Shown piece by piece: positions 26,316-39,768 of a DNA stretch of 64,000 nucleotides. Below the pieces are notes generated by a model. The model was not told the origin of the DNA. It was given only the letters and a program-made list of their open reading frames with translations, and made no database searches. Source of the DNA: Octopus vulgaris (taxonomy: Eukaryota). Both the position numbers and the translations under genes were made by a program. The stretch is from positions 70,122,001 through 70,186,000 of the forward strand of contig OX597819.1 of NCBI GenBank assembly GCA_951406725.2, read 5' to 3'. Each line of letters opens with the position of its first letter. The first letter of the stretch is position 1.

Positions 26316-26681
26316 ACAGTTCTATATTTAAGAGATGAGGAATTATTTACATTATTTACGTTTGACAGATACTTATCCTCATCTTGTTTGTTGTTAACAC
26401 AACATTTTCAGCTGATATACCCTCCAGCCTTCATCAGGTGTCTTGGAGAAATTTCGAACCTAGGTTCTCATTCCTAAGGTATTATTCGATGTTATTATTA
26501 TTATTATTATTATTCAGGTCACTACCCGGAATCAAACTCGGATTCTTGGTGTTAGTAGCCTGCACTCTTAACCACTACGCCATATGCTGTGGGTTAGGGT
26601 TAGGGTCCATGGGCATATGGCATAGTAGTTAAGAGTGTGGGCTACTAACCCCAAGATTCAGAGTTCGATTCCAGACAGTGA

Positions 26682-26722
<41 letters not shown>

Positions 26723-26832
26723 TCGAAAAATACCTTAGGTATGAGAAACCAGGTTCAAAATTTCCCCAAGACACCTGACAAAGGCTGGAAGGTATATCAG
26801 CCAAAACGTGTTAACAAACAATATGAGGACAA
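26316..26832. mobile_element. Head-to-head palindromic pair of the tRNA-hammerhead SINE (copy B)
   Basis: Left arm 26316-26593 (minus), right arm 26606-26832 (plus), both with tRNA head; hammerheads 26396-26442 (GAAAAT variant) and about 26770-26812 (core mutated); TTAGGGTTAGGG between the arms. Confidence 0.85.
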
Positions 26833-26859
26833 AGTGACATTAATGCCAAAATATTTAAC

Positions 26860-27186
26860 CCCACTTAGAAATGGGTGTTGTGTTAGATATCACTGCTATC
26901 TCCAGATATTGCTCCTTCAGATTTTCTACTTATTCAGGTCTCTGCAGAATAGTCTTAATGGTAAAAATTTCAATTCCTTGGATGACATAAAAAGATACCT
27001 TGATGAATTCTTTGCCATGAAACCACCTCAATTCTGGGAAGAGGGTATTTTCAAGTTAAAGGAAAGATGGAGACGCATTGTGCAACAAAATGGTTCATAT
27101 TTGGTTGATTAAAAATGTAATAGCAAGTATTTATTGACCTTTTTCTTTCCTTTAAAAATCGGCACGAACCTTCCGGACAACCCAAT
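26860..27186 (+). mobile_element. mariner 3' fragment with right TIR
   Basis: YLFRSLQNSLNGKNF...FWEEGIFKLKERWRRIVQQNGSYLVD*; TIR ...CCTTCCGGACAACCCAA-TA. Confidence 0.88.
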
Positions 27187-28255
27187 ACATTTTGCTTTGC
27201 TAAGAACTTCAACAACATCATCAGCAGCAGCACCAGTATTATTTTAAGGCTTTTCTTCTGATATTTCTGTTGAAGCAAATGACTTTTCTTTTAATTAATT
27301 TTGAAAGTTATGAGAAAGTTATTAAAATAACTTTGTTTTTCCCAAGACACAACAAAAATTTTATTTTTAGTAAGTTGGTATTTGGGGCATAAATTAGCAT
27401 GTATGTTTGGCAGAAGATTTCAATTTATATCACTTGACCATTTTTTATTAGCATCTTTCTATCAAGATACACTGCTTTTGATTCAATTAATTTTTTAAAA
27501 AATGAAGAATTTAGTAAAATTAATGTGTCATTATTAAGCAGATATCTGGAACATAAATTAACATGAAACCTTGATAGAAGGCTTTTATTTAGATCACTTT
27601 AAAATAGCACCAGAACTTGAAGCAGACCCAGCCAGGTTAGCAGCAAAAGATTTAACTGTTTTATTACAATATTTCTGTAGAAATGTTCTACCTTCATTAC
27701 AATTAATTCTGAAAATAATTAAGAACTTATTAAATAACTGTCATTATTAAGCTGGTGTTTGAAACAAGTTAACAAGAAATTTTGACTTAAATCCTTTTAA
27801 AACAAAGCATGTAACATTGAACCAGGGGTGGTCACAAGTGGATTGGCATGGAAAGGGTTAATATCAGTTTCTTTTCATACTACAAAGGGTTCAGTGAACC
27901 ATATCTGTTTTTTTTTGTTTGTTTTTTATTTCAGCCTCTTCCTTTCTGTTGTTCACAAAATATTAATATCCTGGCCTCACAACCTCTTCCTAGATCTTTC
28001 ACAGTTTTCTCCAACTATGACCATCCCCTGGTCATACATATTCACCTAATACATCATCTTAGTCATCATCACTCTCACTGTTATTATTGTCATCATCATC
28101 ATTATCTTCATCATGACCATCATCATCATTGTCCATTCACATCCCCTCTCAGATTTCACTGATGTCTTTCATACTTCCAGCCCTCTTTCATAAACTATAC
28201 ATTTTACATCACCTCCAGCTATATAAATCGATATACATGTATAGAACATAACATA

Positions 28256-30213
28256 CAGTAGTGGCCAAAATTAAGAAACAAAAATAAAGCTATTTACCTT
28301 TCTACTTCATTTATCTGAATGATTTTTTTCTATTGCATATACTTTAAAGTATGTTCATTCTTTACAATAAATTTTGTAGGAAGTGATTAATAACTAAATA
28401 ATTTATGACATAAAAAAAATGTTTACTTGAGAAATACAAGATGGACAAAATGAGAAAATATATGACGTAAAATTCAAAAACTCAAAAGTTTGCCAGAAAT
28501 TTTTACAATCCACATAAATCATCATCATCATCATCATCATCATGTGTACACTCCTTTATTTGAAATTTCTTCAGCACATCTCCATCCGCAGGATTTGACC
28601 AATTTCTCACATTGTTCTGACATAATTTTATTCCATTCTTCCTGAAGTTTTTCCCACAAAATTGTAACATTCACAGGTCAGTGCTCTCTGATCTTACCAC
28701 CAAGTATCTTTCATAAGTTTTCAATGGGATTAAGGTCAGGGTTTTGAGCTGAGCAACGCATCACAGTAAGGTTTTCAGTTTCAAACCTCTCCTTAACTAT
28801 TTCAGCATTGTGACATGGCACATTATCCTGCATAAAGATTGGCTGACAAGTTAGCAATGACCTCATAGCTGGCACAAAATGCTGCAGAATGATGTTTTTG
28901 TATATGGTTGCATTCACATTATCAGGGATCTGGATCAAGGGCCCAACACCTACTGCAGAAATTATTTCTCACACCATTAAACCCACACCTCTAAACTCAA
29001 CTGATTTCTTCATGCATTTCGGGACCAATCTTTCACTTTTACGATATCTCACATATTGTCTACCATCAGAGCCAACCAAATTGAACTTGCTTTCGTCACT
29101 GAAGAACACACACGACCTGTTGTCGTCCATCCAAAGTATGTGCTCATTGGCAAAGACTAACCTTGCTTTTCAGTTCTTCATATTGATTAGAGGTTTGGTG
29201 GCAGAGGAATCGGCATGAAGTTTGACTTACTTCAAATGACGAACCAGTCTTCCGAGGCGCATTCATTCCGTAATCACAATTTACTTAGCAAGAAATTCCT
29301 ACAACAATACTAAAACGGTCTCTTAATGACAGCCTCTGAACCACACAGTCTTGCCGAACACTTGTTCTGTTATCTCCCTCATTTTTCTAATGACATAAAC
29401 GAACTTGTTTCTTCATAAGGCTTCGGTATGCTTCAAACAACACTCTTTGATCAGTTAATGTCCCTGGCAATAAGAGAAATAGTCATTCCTTCTTTTTTCA
29501 ATGTGACCACTTGCTTCCATCATCTTTACATTGGCTTTCCATGATTGTTAATTCACTTACTGTTAAATATAAATCTTCACACGGTTAAGTCAACAGTTTA
29601 CATCTGTTGGAGTGTTGCCAGATTTTACTTTTTGAATTTTACACCATACATTCTCTAATTTTGTCCATCTTGTATTTTTCAAATAAACATTTTCTCTATT
29701 ATAAATCATTTAATTATTAATCACGTCCTACAAAATTTATTGTAAATAATAAACACACTTTAAGTTATATACAGTAAAAATCCTATTTGGAAAAATGAAG
29801 TAGAAATGTAAACATCTTTAAATTTTATTTCGGCTCTCTAATTTTGGCCACTGGATGAGGGTGACTCCCCTTCGGTCATGAATGACCATGGGATTGCACC
29901 TAGAAAGTTACCCACCAAGGCACAAGTCCAGGCAAGGTTGTTTATGGAAGACAAGCAGTCACCCATGCATACCAGCCTCTTCTCTCCACGCAACCGATGT
30001 TATCCAAGTGAAAGGTAAAAGGGGCTGATACAGCTTGGCACCAGTGATGTCACAACTCATTTCTACAGCTGAGTGAACTGGAGCAACATGAAATAAAGAA
30101 CACAACACACAGCCCAGCCTGGGAATCGAACTCACAACCTCATGATCATAAGCTCAACGCTCTAACCACTGAGCCATGCACCTTCACATAATTTTTTTTT
30201 TTGGCCACTACTG
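28256..30213 (-). mobile_element. Tc1 (DD34E) transposon with ~250-bp TIRs, right TIR interrupted by a SINE
   Basis: Ends TA-CAGTAGTGGCCAAAA / TTGGCCACTACTG-TA; FMQDNVPCH and QNPDLNPIENL; long imperfect TIRs about 28256-28500 and 29610-29852. Confidence 0.9.
29853..30190 (-). mobile_element. tRNA-derived SINE nested in Tc1 TIR
   Basis: Minus-strand A box TGGCTCAGTGG, B box GTTCGATTCC; flanked by duplicated TTTTGGCCACT. Confidence 0.85.
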
Positions 30214-31634
30214 TATATAACAACTTAAAATGAAGGCATGTGGGTTAGTGGTTAGGGTATTCAGCTCACAATCATGAGGTGATGAGTTCAATTCCTAGCG
30301 ACGTGTTTTGTTCTTGAGCAAGACACTTTATTTCATGTTGCTCCAGTCCACTCAGCTGGCAAAAAATGAGTTAGACCTGTAATTCAAAGGGCCAGCCTTG
30401 TCACATTCCGTGTCATGCTGAATCTCCCTGAGAACAACATTATGGGTATGTGTGTCTATGGAGTACTCAGCTGTTTGCACATTAATTTTGCCCAGGGTGT
30501 TTGTCTGTCTTTACATTCTGAGTTCAAATTCCACTGAGGTCAACCTTGTCTTTCATTCTTTCGGGATCGACAAATTAAGTACCAGTTACATACTGGGGTT
30601 GATCTAATCGACTGACCCCCCTGCTCCCCCAAAATTTCGGGCCTTGTGCCTTAGAGTAGAAAAGAATTGTGCACAGGGTGTGCCATCGACTGAACCAAAT
30701 AGGATCCTCTTTGTCATAGCCAATGGAGATGCAGTGTATGTGTTCCTCTATGTGTGTATGTGGTGTTACATACTATGACTTTGTGTTACTGTTACGATAC
30801 ACTAACGTATATGTAAACTGTATCAGATATTTCTTAGTATTTTATGACATAAGACTTCCTGAGCGAGAGAGGGAGAGAGCGACACAACAAGAGACAGCGT
30901 GTGAGTGTGTGTGTATGTGTGTTGGTCAGAGCATTTGCATGTCCATCTGTGTATATTTGTGTCTGTATGTGTATGCTCACATGTATGTGTGTGTGTGTGT
31001 GTCTATGTTTGCATTCATTTGTGTGTGTGTGTGTGTGTCTGTGTTTGGATTCATGTGTGTGTGTTTGCCTTTATTTGTGTGTGTGTGTGTGTGTGTATGC
31101 ACCTGTCTGCATTTGCGTGTGTGTCTGTGTTTGCATACGTGTGTGTTTAGGTGTGTGTGCCTGTGTGTGTTCATTCATAAATGTGTGTCTGAATACTGTG
31201 TCTTTGCATTACTGTTACAAAGCACTAACATTATCTGTTACTTGTTTTAGTCATTTGACTGTGGCCATGCTGAAGCACTACTATGAAGGATTTTTAGTTG
31301 AATGAATCAACACCAGTACTTCTTTAGTTTTTAAGCTCGATACTCATTCTGTCAGTCTCCATTGCCGAACCGCTAAGTTACAGGGGACATAAACACACCA
31401 ACACCAGTTGTCAAGCAGTGGTGGAGGACAAACACAGACTCAAAGACACACACACGATGGGCTTCTTTCAGTTTCTGTCACACAAATTCACACTTGCCCA
31501 AAGGGCCAAACAGTGGGACTGAACCTGGAACCATGTGGTTGGGAAAGAAGCATTTTACTACACAGCTATGACTGCTGTGCGATAATATATATGCAAACTA
31601 TATCAGGTACTTTATGATGTAAAAAAGTCATACT

Positions 31635-31669
<35 letters not shown>

Positions 31670-32121
31670 TGTGTGTGTGCCTGTGTGCCCCAAGATGGGT
31701 GGGTATATTTATTTGAAACTTGCTTTATATAACTGCTACAAAGCCTTGATATGCTTTATTGTATGTTTTATTGTATAAAAATCTACGTCAGTTCTTTTTC
31801 AACATTTCTATACACAAAATGTGTTTTGTATCGTAACAGTCATTTTACAACATCACACAATACACACACACAAACACACACATGCACACATTTATATGCC
31901 CACACACAGCTTAGATCATGCACACATGCTTACTCACAATTATAAACACCGTCATCATTGTCGTCATCAACATATTCAATCCCTAATGACCAATATGCAC
32001 ACTTATACGCATGCAAAGGCGACAGCATGCAGATGAATTCCACATTTACAAATAAATTACACCTCACCCTTAAATACATGAATCCACACACTCACACAAC
32101 ATCCAAGATATATTTTTCTAC

Positions 32122-32158
<37 letters not shown>

Positions 32159-32485
32159 AGAAGACCCAGCAATTAAAGTGAGATTGCAACCATGCATGTC
32201 CTGCCCAGTTAAGAGTACCCCTGGTGCATCAGGTGAAATAATATGCTTGAGCAGACCTGTTGAGTCAAGTAAAACCAATATTGTCGCTGTGACTACGATA
32301 TTGGTATGGGATCCTGACTGGCTCCCGTACTGGTGGCATGTAAAAAGCACCATCTGAATGTGGTCGATGTTAGGTCTGCTTGACTGGCTCTCATGCTGGT
32401 GGCAAGTAAAAAGCACCATCCGAACATGGCTGATGCCAAATCTGCTTTATTGGCCCCCGTGCATTACAAATATGCCATATACATA

Positions 32486-32890
32486 TACTCTTTACTCTTT
32501 TACTTGTTTCAGTTGAGTGCGGCCATGCTGGAGCACCGACTTTAGTCGAGTAAATCGACCCCAGGACTTATTCTTTGTAAGCCTAGTACTTATTCTATCG
32601 GTCTCTTTTGCCAAACTGCTAAGTTACGGGGACGTAAACACACCAGCATCGGTTGTCAAGCAATGTTTGTTGGACAAACACAGACACACAAAAACACACA
32701 CACACATATATACATATACATATATACAACGGGCTTCTTTCAGTTTCCATCTACCAAATCCACTCACAAGGCTTTGGTCAGCCCAAGGCTATAGTAGAAG
32801 ACACTTACCCAAGGTGCCATGCAGTGGGACTGAACCCGGAACAATGTGGTTGGTAAGCAAGCTACTTACCACACAGCCACTCCTGGGCCT
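32486..32890 (-). mobile_element. tRNA-derived SINE family 1, full-length
   Basis: Reverse-complement match to 39212-39715. Confidence 0.9.
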
Positions 32891-33063
32891 ATATGTATAT
32901 ATACACATATATATTTTATGATTGTGCTTCGGCATAACAATACTAATTACCTGGTATTAGTGTTCAATATATATATGCATCAGAATAAAATGTTAAGAGA
33001 GTACAGAGCATAATGAGAATTAATTAAATGACAAGGGAACAGGAATTACATAATTAACTTCAT

Positions 33064-33147
33064 TAGCTTACAGCCGTTTCTGCTATAAGAAGCAGAGCAC
33101 TCAGAGCTGAGTGTTTGTGCATCACCTCATAGCTTCCTCAGAGACTT
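33064..33147 (-). ncRNA. Type I hammerhead ribozyme with extended stem II
   Basis: Minus strand: AGTCT CTGAGGA A GCTATGAG...(CACTCAG ct CTGAGTG hairpin)...CTTATAGC A GAAAC GGCT GTA AGCTA; 8-bp stem II, near-palindromic stem III; stem I imperfect. Confidence 0.7.
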
Positions 33148-33628
33148 TAAAATGAAGTGTATGTCTATTTAGGAAAGTATTTCAGTACATGGAGAAGGTC
33201 ACCATGTGTGTGTGTCTGTACATATTACTTATCTTTTACTTCTCTTTTTGTCATTTACTTTGGATTGTGGCCTTGCTGGAGCACCACCTTGAAGGGTATT
33301 AGTTAATTTATTTTTCCTTTTAAGTCTGGTACTCATTCTAGTACTCTGCCAGAATAATAAGTTATGAGGACGTGAACAAACCAACACTGGCTATCAAGCA
33401 GTGAGGGGAAGATAAACACTGACACAAAAACACACACAGACACACATTGACATATACATATACACATACATATACACACAGACATACATACACACACACA
33501 TATATACACACACAAATGTACACAATCACACACACAGACATATAGATACACATACACATATACACACACACATACACTTACACAAACACACATATACACA
33601 AGCACACACACACACATACACACACACA

Positions 33629-33918
33629 CAGTGTGTGATGGGTAAACTGTTGCCATTTTATATTTTTAATTTTGCATATGCACACTGTTTGTTTTTGATT
33701 TTATCAACTACACAGCATAGTAGGGTTAGTTGCAGGAAATTCCAAAATCATCTGGAGGCCATGGTTGAAGCCAGTGGCAATTTTATTGAATAAATTTACT
33801 CTTTAGTATTTCAAGATATTTTTTTATGTAATTTGGGTAAATATTTCTGTTAAAATGAGATGTCAATATTATTTTCATTTTTGCATAATTTAGATGATGA
33901 TATATTCACCGCACCCTG
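33629..33918 (+). mobile_element. maT/mariner-derived MITE
   Basis: Ends CAGTGTGTGATGGGTAAA / ATTCACCGCACCCTG-TA; internal LEAMVEASGNFIE* transposase end. Confidence 0.65.
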
Positions 33919-34154
33919 TATATGTATCCTTTTCTACTCTAGGCACAAGGCCTGAAATTTTGGGGGAGGAGGCCAGTCAATTAAATCAACTCCAGTATGC
34001 AACTGGTACTTAATCTATTGACCCCAAAAGGATGAAAGGCAAAGTCAACTTCAGCAGAATTTGAACTTGGAGCATAAAGACAAAAGAAATACCACTAAGC
34101 ATTTTGCCTGGCGTGCTAAGGTTTCTGCCAGCTTGCTGCCTTGCACCCTGTATG

Positions 34155-34205
<51 letters not shown>

Positions 34206-34553
34206 ATTACATGCTGGTGCTATGTAAAATGCATTCATTCTAGTGCTACTTAAAAAGATCCTCGTACACTTTGTAAAATGGTTGGCATCAGGAAGGGATT
34301 CCAGCCACAGAAACTATACCAAAACAGACAATTGGAGCTTGGCATAGCTCTCTGGCTTGCCGGCTTCTGTCAAATTGTTCAACTCATGCCAGCATGGAAA
34401 ATGGGCACTAAATGATGATGATGATGATGATATGCGACAAACTTGTTTGAGTTTCCATCCACAAAATCCATGCAGAGGGCTTTCGCTTGCCTGGGGCTAA
34501 AGACACTTGCCTAAGGTGATGTACAGTAGGTCTGAACTAGAAACCACATAATG

Positions 34554-34752
34554 CAGTTCTATATTTAAGAGACGAGGAATTATGTACAATATTTACATTT
34601 GACAGATATTTGTCCTCATCTTGTTTGTTGTTAACACAATGTTTCGGCTGATATACCGTCCAGCTTTCATCAGGTGTCTTGGGGAAATTTCGAACCTGGG
34701 TTCTCATTCCTAAGGTATTTTTCGATGTTGTTATTATTATTATTATTATTAT

Positions 34753-34783
<31 letters not shown>

Positions 34784-35061
34784 AAGAAGAAGAAGAAGAA
34801 GAAGAAGAAGAAGAAGAAGAAGAAGAAGAAGAAGAAGAAGAAGAAGAAGAAGAAGAAGAAGAAGAAGAAGGAGGAGGAGGAGGAGGAGGAGGAGGAGTGG
34901 AAGAAGAAGAATTATAACATCAAAAAATACCTTAGGAGTGAGAACCCCAGGTTCAAAATTTCCCCAAGACACCTAATGAAGGCTGGAGGGTATATCAGCC
35001 GAAATGTTGTGTTAACAACAAACAATATGGGGACAAATATCCATCAAATGTAAATAATGTT
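34554..35061. mobile_element. Inverted pair of the same element's 3' tails around (AAG)n(GAG)n (copy C)
   Basis: Arms about 34554-34752 and 34911-35061; hammerheads 34633-34678 (-) and 34968-35013 (+, CTAATGA); sits in an older SINE with GAAACCACAT repeated on both sides. Confidence 0.85.
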
Positions 35062-36202
35062 GAAACCACATGGTTAGGAAATGAGCTTCCTAACAACACA
35101 TCCACCCATGCCTCCCCCTAAATATATAAAACAGTTGAAATAAATGAAAAAAAAAAAAAAAGAACTAATTTACCTAACAATCCAACGTATAATTTTATAT
35201 TTTGTATCTGATTACACTCAACATTTCTAGGTTTTTTTTTACAATTTATTTCATCCATTTTTGTTGCATTCGATAATTTTCTAGATTATTCTGCAGACGT
35301 AACATTTCAAGTGAAATTATAAGCGCTTTTGTAACCGAATCCATTCTTGTTTCATAATCGAACAGCTCGTAACATTAATTCCAGTTCTCTTATATTAAAC
35401 CTTTTGTGTGTGTGTGTGTGGGGGGTGAATATTTCTGTGTGGGTGTATGTGTGTGTGTGTGTATGTGGGTATGTATCTGTGTGTGTATATTTCTGTGTGA
35501 GGGGTATATGTGCATGTGTGTGTATAATTCTGTGTGCACATGTGTGTGTGCATGTGTATGTATATTTCTGTGTGTATGTGTGCATGTGTGTCTGTGTGTG
35601 TATATTTCTCTGTGTGTACATGTGTGCATGTGTGTATACTTCTGTATATGTATGTGTGGGTATGTGTGCATGTGTGTCTGTTTGTGTAGATTTCTGTGTG
35701 TGTGAGCATTCTTTTGTTGTTGTTATGTAGTTCAAGTGCCAAATGAAAGTCGACTTCCTAGAAATTTATAAAACCATTAATAAAAGAATGCCTTGTGCAC
35801 ATCTAACAAGATGAAGTGTACATAAGTGTGTGCATGTATGTGTGTGCGCACGTGTCTATATGTGTTTTGTGTATACAGTCAATCACACACAGTTACATAG
35901 ACAATATATACACAGATAAACATAAAGATAGCTGCTCCAATTTTAGCGTATGAAGTATATGCATGCATATGCACTCACACACACACACACACACATGCAC
36001 ACACAAACATTGTTCAAGGTGATGCCCCAGCATGGCCACAGTCTAATGACTGAAACAAACAGAAAATTAAAGATATATACGTGTGTGTGTGTGTGTGTGT
36101 GTGTGCACGCGCGCATGTGTGTGTGTGCACGCGCACATGTGTGTGTACACGCGCACATGTGTGTGTGTGTGCACGCGCACATGTGTGTGTGTGTGCGTGC
36201 AT

Positions 36203-36241
<39 letters not shown>

Positions 36242-36453
36242 TATAACTTTAATTTTCTGTTTGTTTCAGTCATTAGACTGCGGCCATGCTGGGGCACCAC
36301 CTTGAACAATTTTTAATCAAACATATTTGACCCCAGCACTTATTTTTTTTTTCAAGCCTGTTATTTATTCAATCAGTGTCTTTTGTCAAACCACTAAGTT
36401 ACAGGGAAAACGTTGACAGTGACTCTGAAGTTTCAGCTTGCTAGCTTTTTGCA

Positions 36454-36500
36454 GACTGACTGAGGATGGGCAAACGAACGGAAACTTCGAAGTCACAGTC
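36454..36500 (+). ncRNA. Type I hammerhead ribozyme, stem II decayed
   Basis: GACTGA CTGAGGA ... GAAAC TTCGAA GTC ACAGTC: palindromic stem III ACTTCGAAGT, GUC site, stem I GACTG/CAGTC; short inverted copy at 36413-36434. Confidence 0.65.
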
Positions 36501-36662
36501 AATTTTTTACTTATAATAAATCTGTACCCTGCTAAAAGCACTGAGTAACCTTTCAGTTTAATATTAAACAGTTTTTATAATATAACTTGACATAAAAGCA
36601 AACACTAAAGTATAGATTGGATTAGGTAGACGGAAACTGAAAGAAGCCTGTCGTGTATATAT

Positions 36663-36730
36663 ACAGACAGACAGACATAGATGGATGGATGGATATAGAC
36701 AGATAGATAGACAGATAGAGATAGATAGAT

Positions 36731-36787
<57 letters not shown>

Positions 36788-36866
36788 TAGATATAGACAG
36801 ACAGATAGACAGAGAGATAGATATAGATAGACAGAGAGATAGATATAGATAGACAGAGAGATAGAT

Positions 36867-36943
<77 letters not shown>

Positions 36944-37063
36944 CAGATAGATAGATAGACAGATAAACAGAGAGATAGATATAGATAGACAGAGAGATAG
37001 ATATAGATAGACAGAGATATAGATATAGATAGACAGATATAGATAGACAGATAGATAGATATA
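36663..37063. repeat. (GATA/GACA)n tetranucleotide tract inside a SINE
   Basis: Direct inspection; similar tract at 40900-41133. Confidence 0.95.
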
Positions 37064-37459
37064 GTACAAGTAGAAAGATATATTTTTCAACAAGTAAGTA
37101 CTGATAGAACAGCATATATAGGATAAAATCCTTTTAACAACCAATGTTGGCATGTTTACACGGCATGTAACTTAGCAGTTTGGCAAAAGAGACCGAAAGA
37201 ATAAGTACTAGGCTTACAAAGAATATATCCTGGGAGTCAATTTGTTCAATTAAAGGCAGTGCACACAACTTCCTCTCTAAGAGCACATGCACGAAAAGAT
37301 GTAACGAAAGTGCTCACAGATCAGAAAAAACTTCTTCCCCACCAAAAATGGTTACTGACATCCTCATAAAAAACATCTTTTTAAAAAATAATTTTATTTT
37401 TTTTAAAAAGAATCACATTTACACTTCAAAAACTGTATCAAGTAATCCTCATAGACTCC

Positions 37460-37508
<49 letters not shown>

Positions 37509-38436
37509 ACGTCAGCAATATCAAAATAAAATCAAATCAAAATTTGTAGTTGTGAGTCCCGTGCCAGTAGCACGTAAAAAGCACCACCCGAACATGGTCG
37601 ATGCCAGCTCCTCTGGCCCCTGGGCTGGTGACACATAAAAAGCACTATCCGATTGTGGTCAATGCCAGCTTCTCTGGCCCCTTTGCTGGTGGCATGTAAA
37701 AGTACCCACTACACTCTTGGAGTAGTTGGCATTAAGAAGGGCATCTAGCTGTAGAAACACTGCCAGATCAGACTGGAGCCTGGTGCAGTCTCCTGACTTC
37801 CCAGACCCCTGTCGAACCGTCCAACTTATGCCAGCATGGAAAACAGACGTTAAATGATGATGATGATAATGATGATACATACATACAGCAACAGAGAGAG
37901 GGGTATACATACACATCATTAAAATTAGTTGTTGAAGTCCTATCTTGAGTCTGTAAAAGCAGGATTAACCTCACATAGCAGCCAGCACATTCATGGAAGA
38001 CAATAATCTAAGATGGCTTACAATATATAATAATCTTTTCTATTACAGGCACAAGGCTTGAAATTTGGGGGTGCAGGGATAGTGGTATACATCGTCCCCA
38101 GTGTTTTACTGCTGCTTAATTCATCAACTCCAAGAGGATGAAAGGCAAAGTCGACCTCGGTGGAATTTGAACTTTGAACGTAGCAATGGGTGAATTACAT
38201 CTAAGTGTTTCGTCCAGCGCTTACAGAATGTGATAATGGATAAAAAGATGTAAACAAACAAACAATTGGTACTTGGTCAGGTTATGACATTTATTTATTT
38301 AAACTTTGACAAAATATTTTAGTTGCAGTTCAAGTTGGAGTTTAGGCAGCAAGTTGACTAATTGAATGGAACTACAATCCTCCCTCATTAGGCAATATAT
38401 AAACACACACACATAAATATATATGTATATACGCAG

Positions 38437-38485
<49 letters not shown>

Positions 38486-39211
38486 TATACATATGTATAT
38501 ATATAGGTACAATAAATTCAGGGTCAATACTTGATAAATGTAAGCACCTGTATATGCCAGCTAGTGGCATAGGTGATAGGATATATGTATCAAATGAAGT
38601 AAATGAAAAACAGGATGCAAAGGATTTTGCAGTACATATGTTTCGGGCTTTATTGAACAACTTATTCTTATATCAATGCTTAATTGATATAACAGATTAT
38701 ATATATATATATATATATATACACTCACATATCATTTGAGCATGGCCATTGCCAGTACAACCTGACTGGCCCTCATGCCGGTGGCACGTAAAAGCACTCA
38801 CGACACTCTCGGAGTGGTTGGCGTTAGAAAAGGTATCCAGCTGTATTCCTTTCAAGTGTTGGGCTTCATAGAGGCAATGACTGAGACCTTTCCTTTTAAG
38901 TGTTGGGCCTCATGGCGGCAATTATTGGTATTATTTCATGCTTGAGAAGATCCATCAAGCCATACAAAATCACCATTGTGGCAGATACTGGTGTCATGCA
39001 AATTGGTACCTGTGCCAGTGGCACGTAAAAAAGCACCCATTACACTCTGGGAGTGGTTGGCATTATGAAGGGCATCCAGCTGTAGAAAGCCATGTGAAAT
39101 CAAACTGGAGTCTGGTGCAGCATTCCAGCGTGCCAGCCCTGGTCAAACTGTCCAACCCATACCAGCATGGACAACGGACGTTAAATGATGATGAATATAT
39201 ATATAAATTAT

Positions 39212-39373
39212 AGGTGCAGGAGTGGCTGTATGGTAAGTAGCTTGCTTACCAACCACATGGTTTTGGGTTCAGTCCCACTGCGTGGCACCTTGGGCAACTG
39301 TCTTCTACTATAGCCTCAAGCTGACCAAAGCCTTATGAGTGGATTTGGTAGATGGAAACTGAAAGAAGCCCAT

Positions 39374-39468
<95 letters not shown>

Positions 39469-39715
39469 GTGTATGTCTGTGTATGTATGTATGTATATGT
39501 ATGTTTTTGTTTCTGCGCTTGTCCCCCTACCATCGATTGATAACCTATGTTGGCGTGTTTACATCCCAGTAAGGTAACGGTTCGGCAAAAGAGACCGATA
39601 GAATAAGTACTAGGCTTTCAAAGAATAAGTCCTGGGGTTGAATTGCTTGACTAAAGACGGTGCTCCAGCATGGCTGCAGTCAAATGACTGAAACAAATAA
39701 AAGAATAAAAGAAAA
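39212..39715 (+). mobile_element. tRNA-derived SINE family 1 with central (TA)n(TG)n (representative)
   Basis: Head TGGCTGTATGG...GGTTCAGTCCC; other copies at about 505-920(-), 5230-5685(+), 31240-31570(-), 32486-32890(-), 59030-59385(+) and many fragments. Confidence 0.9.
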
Positions 39716-39737
39716 AAGAACACATACACACACACAC

Positions 39738-39768
<31 letters not shown>

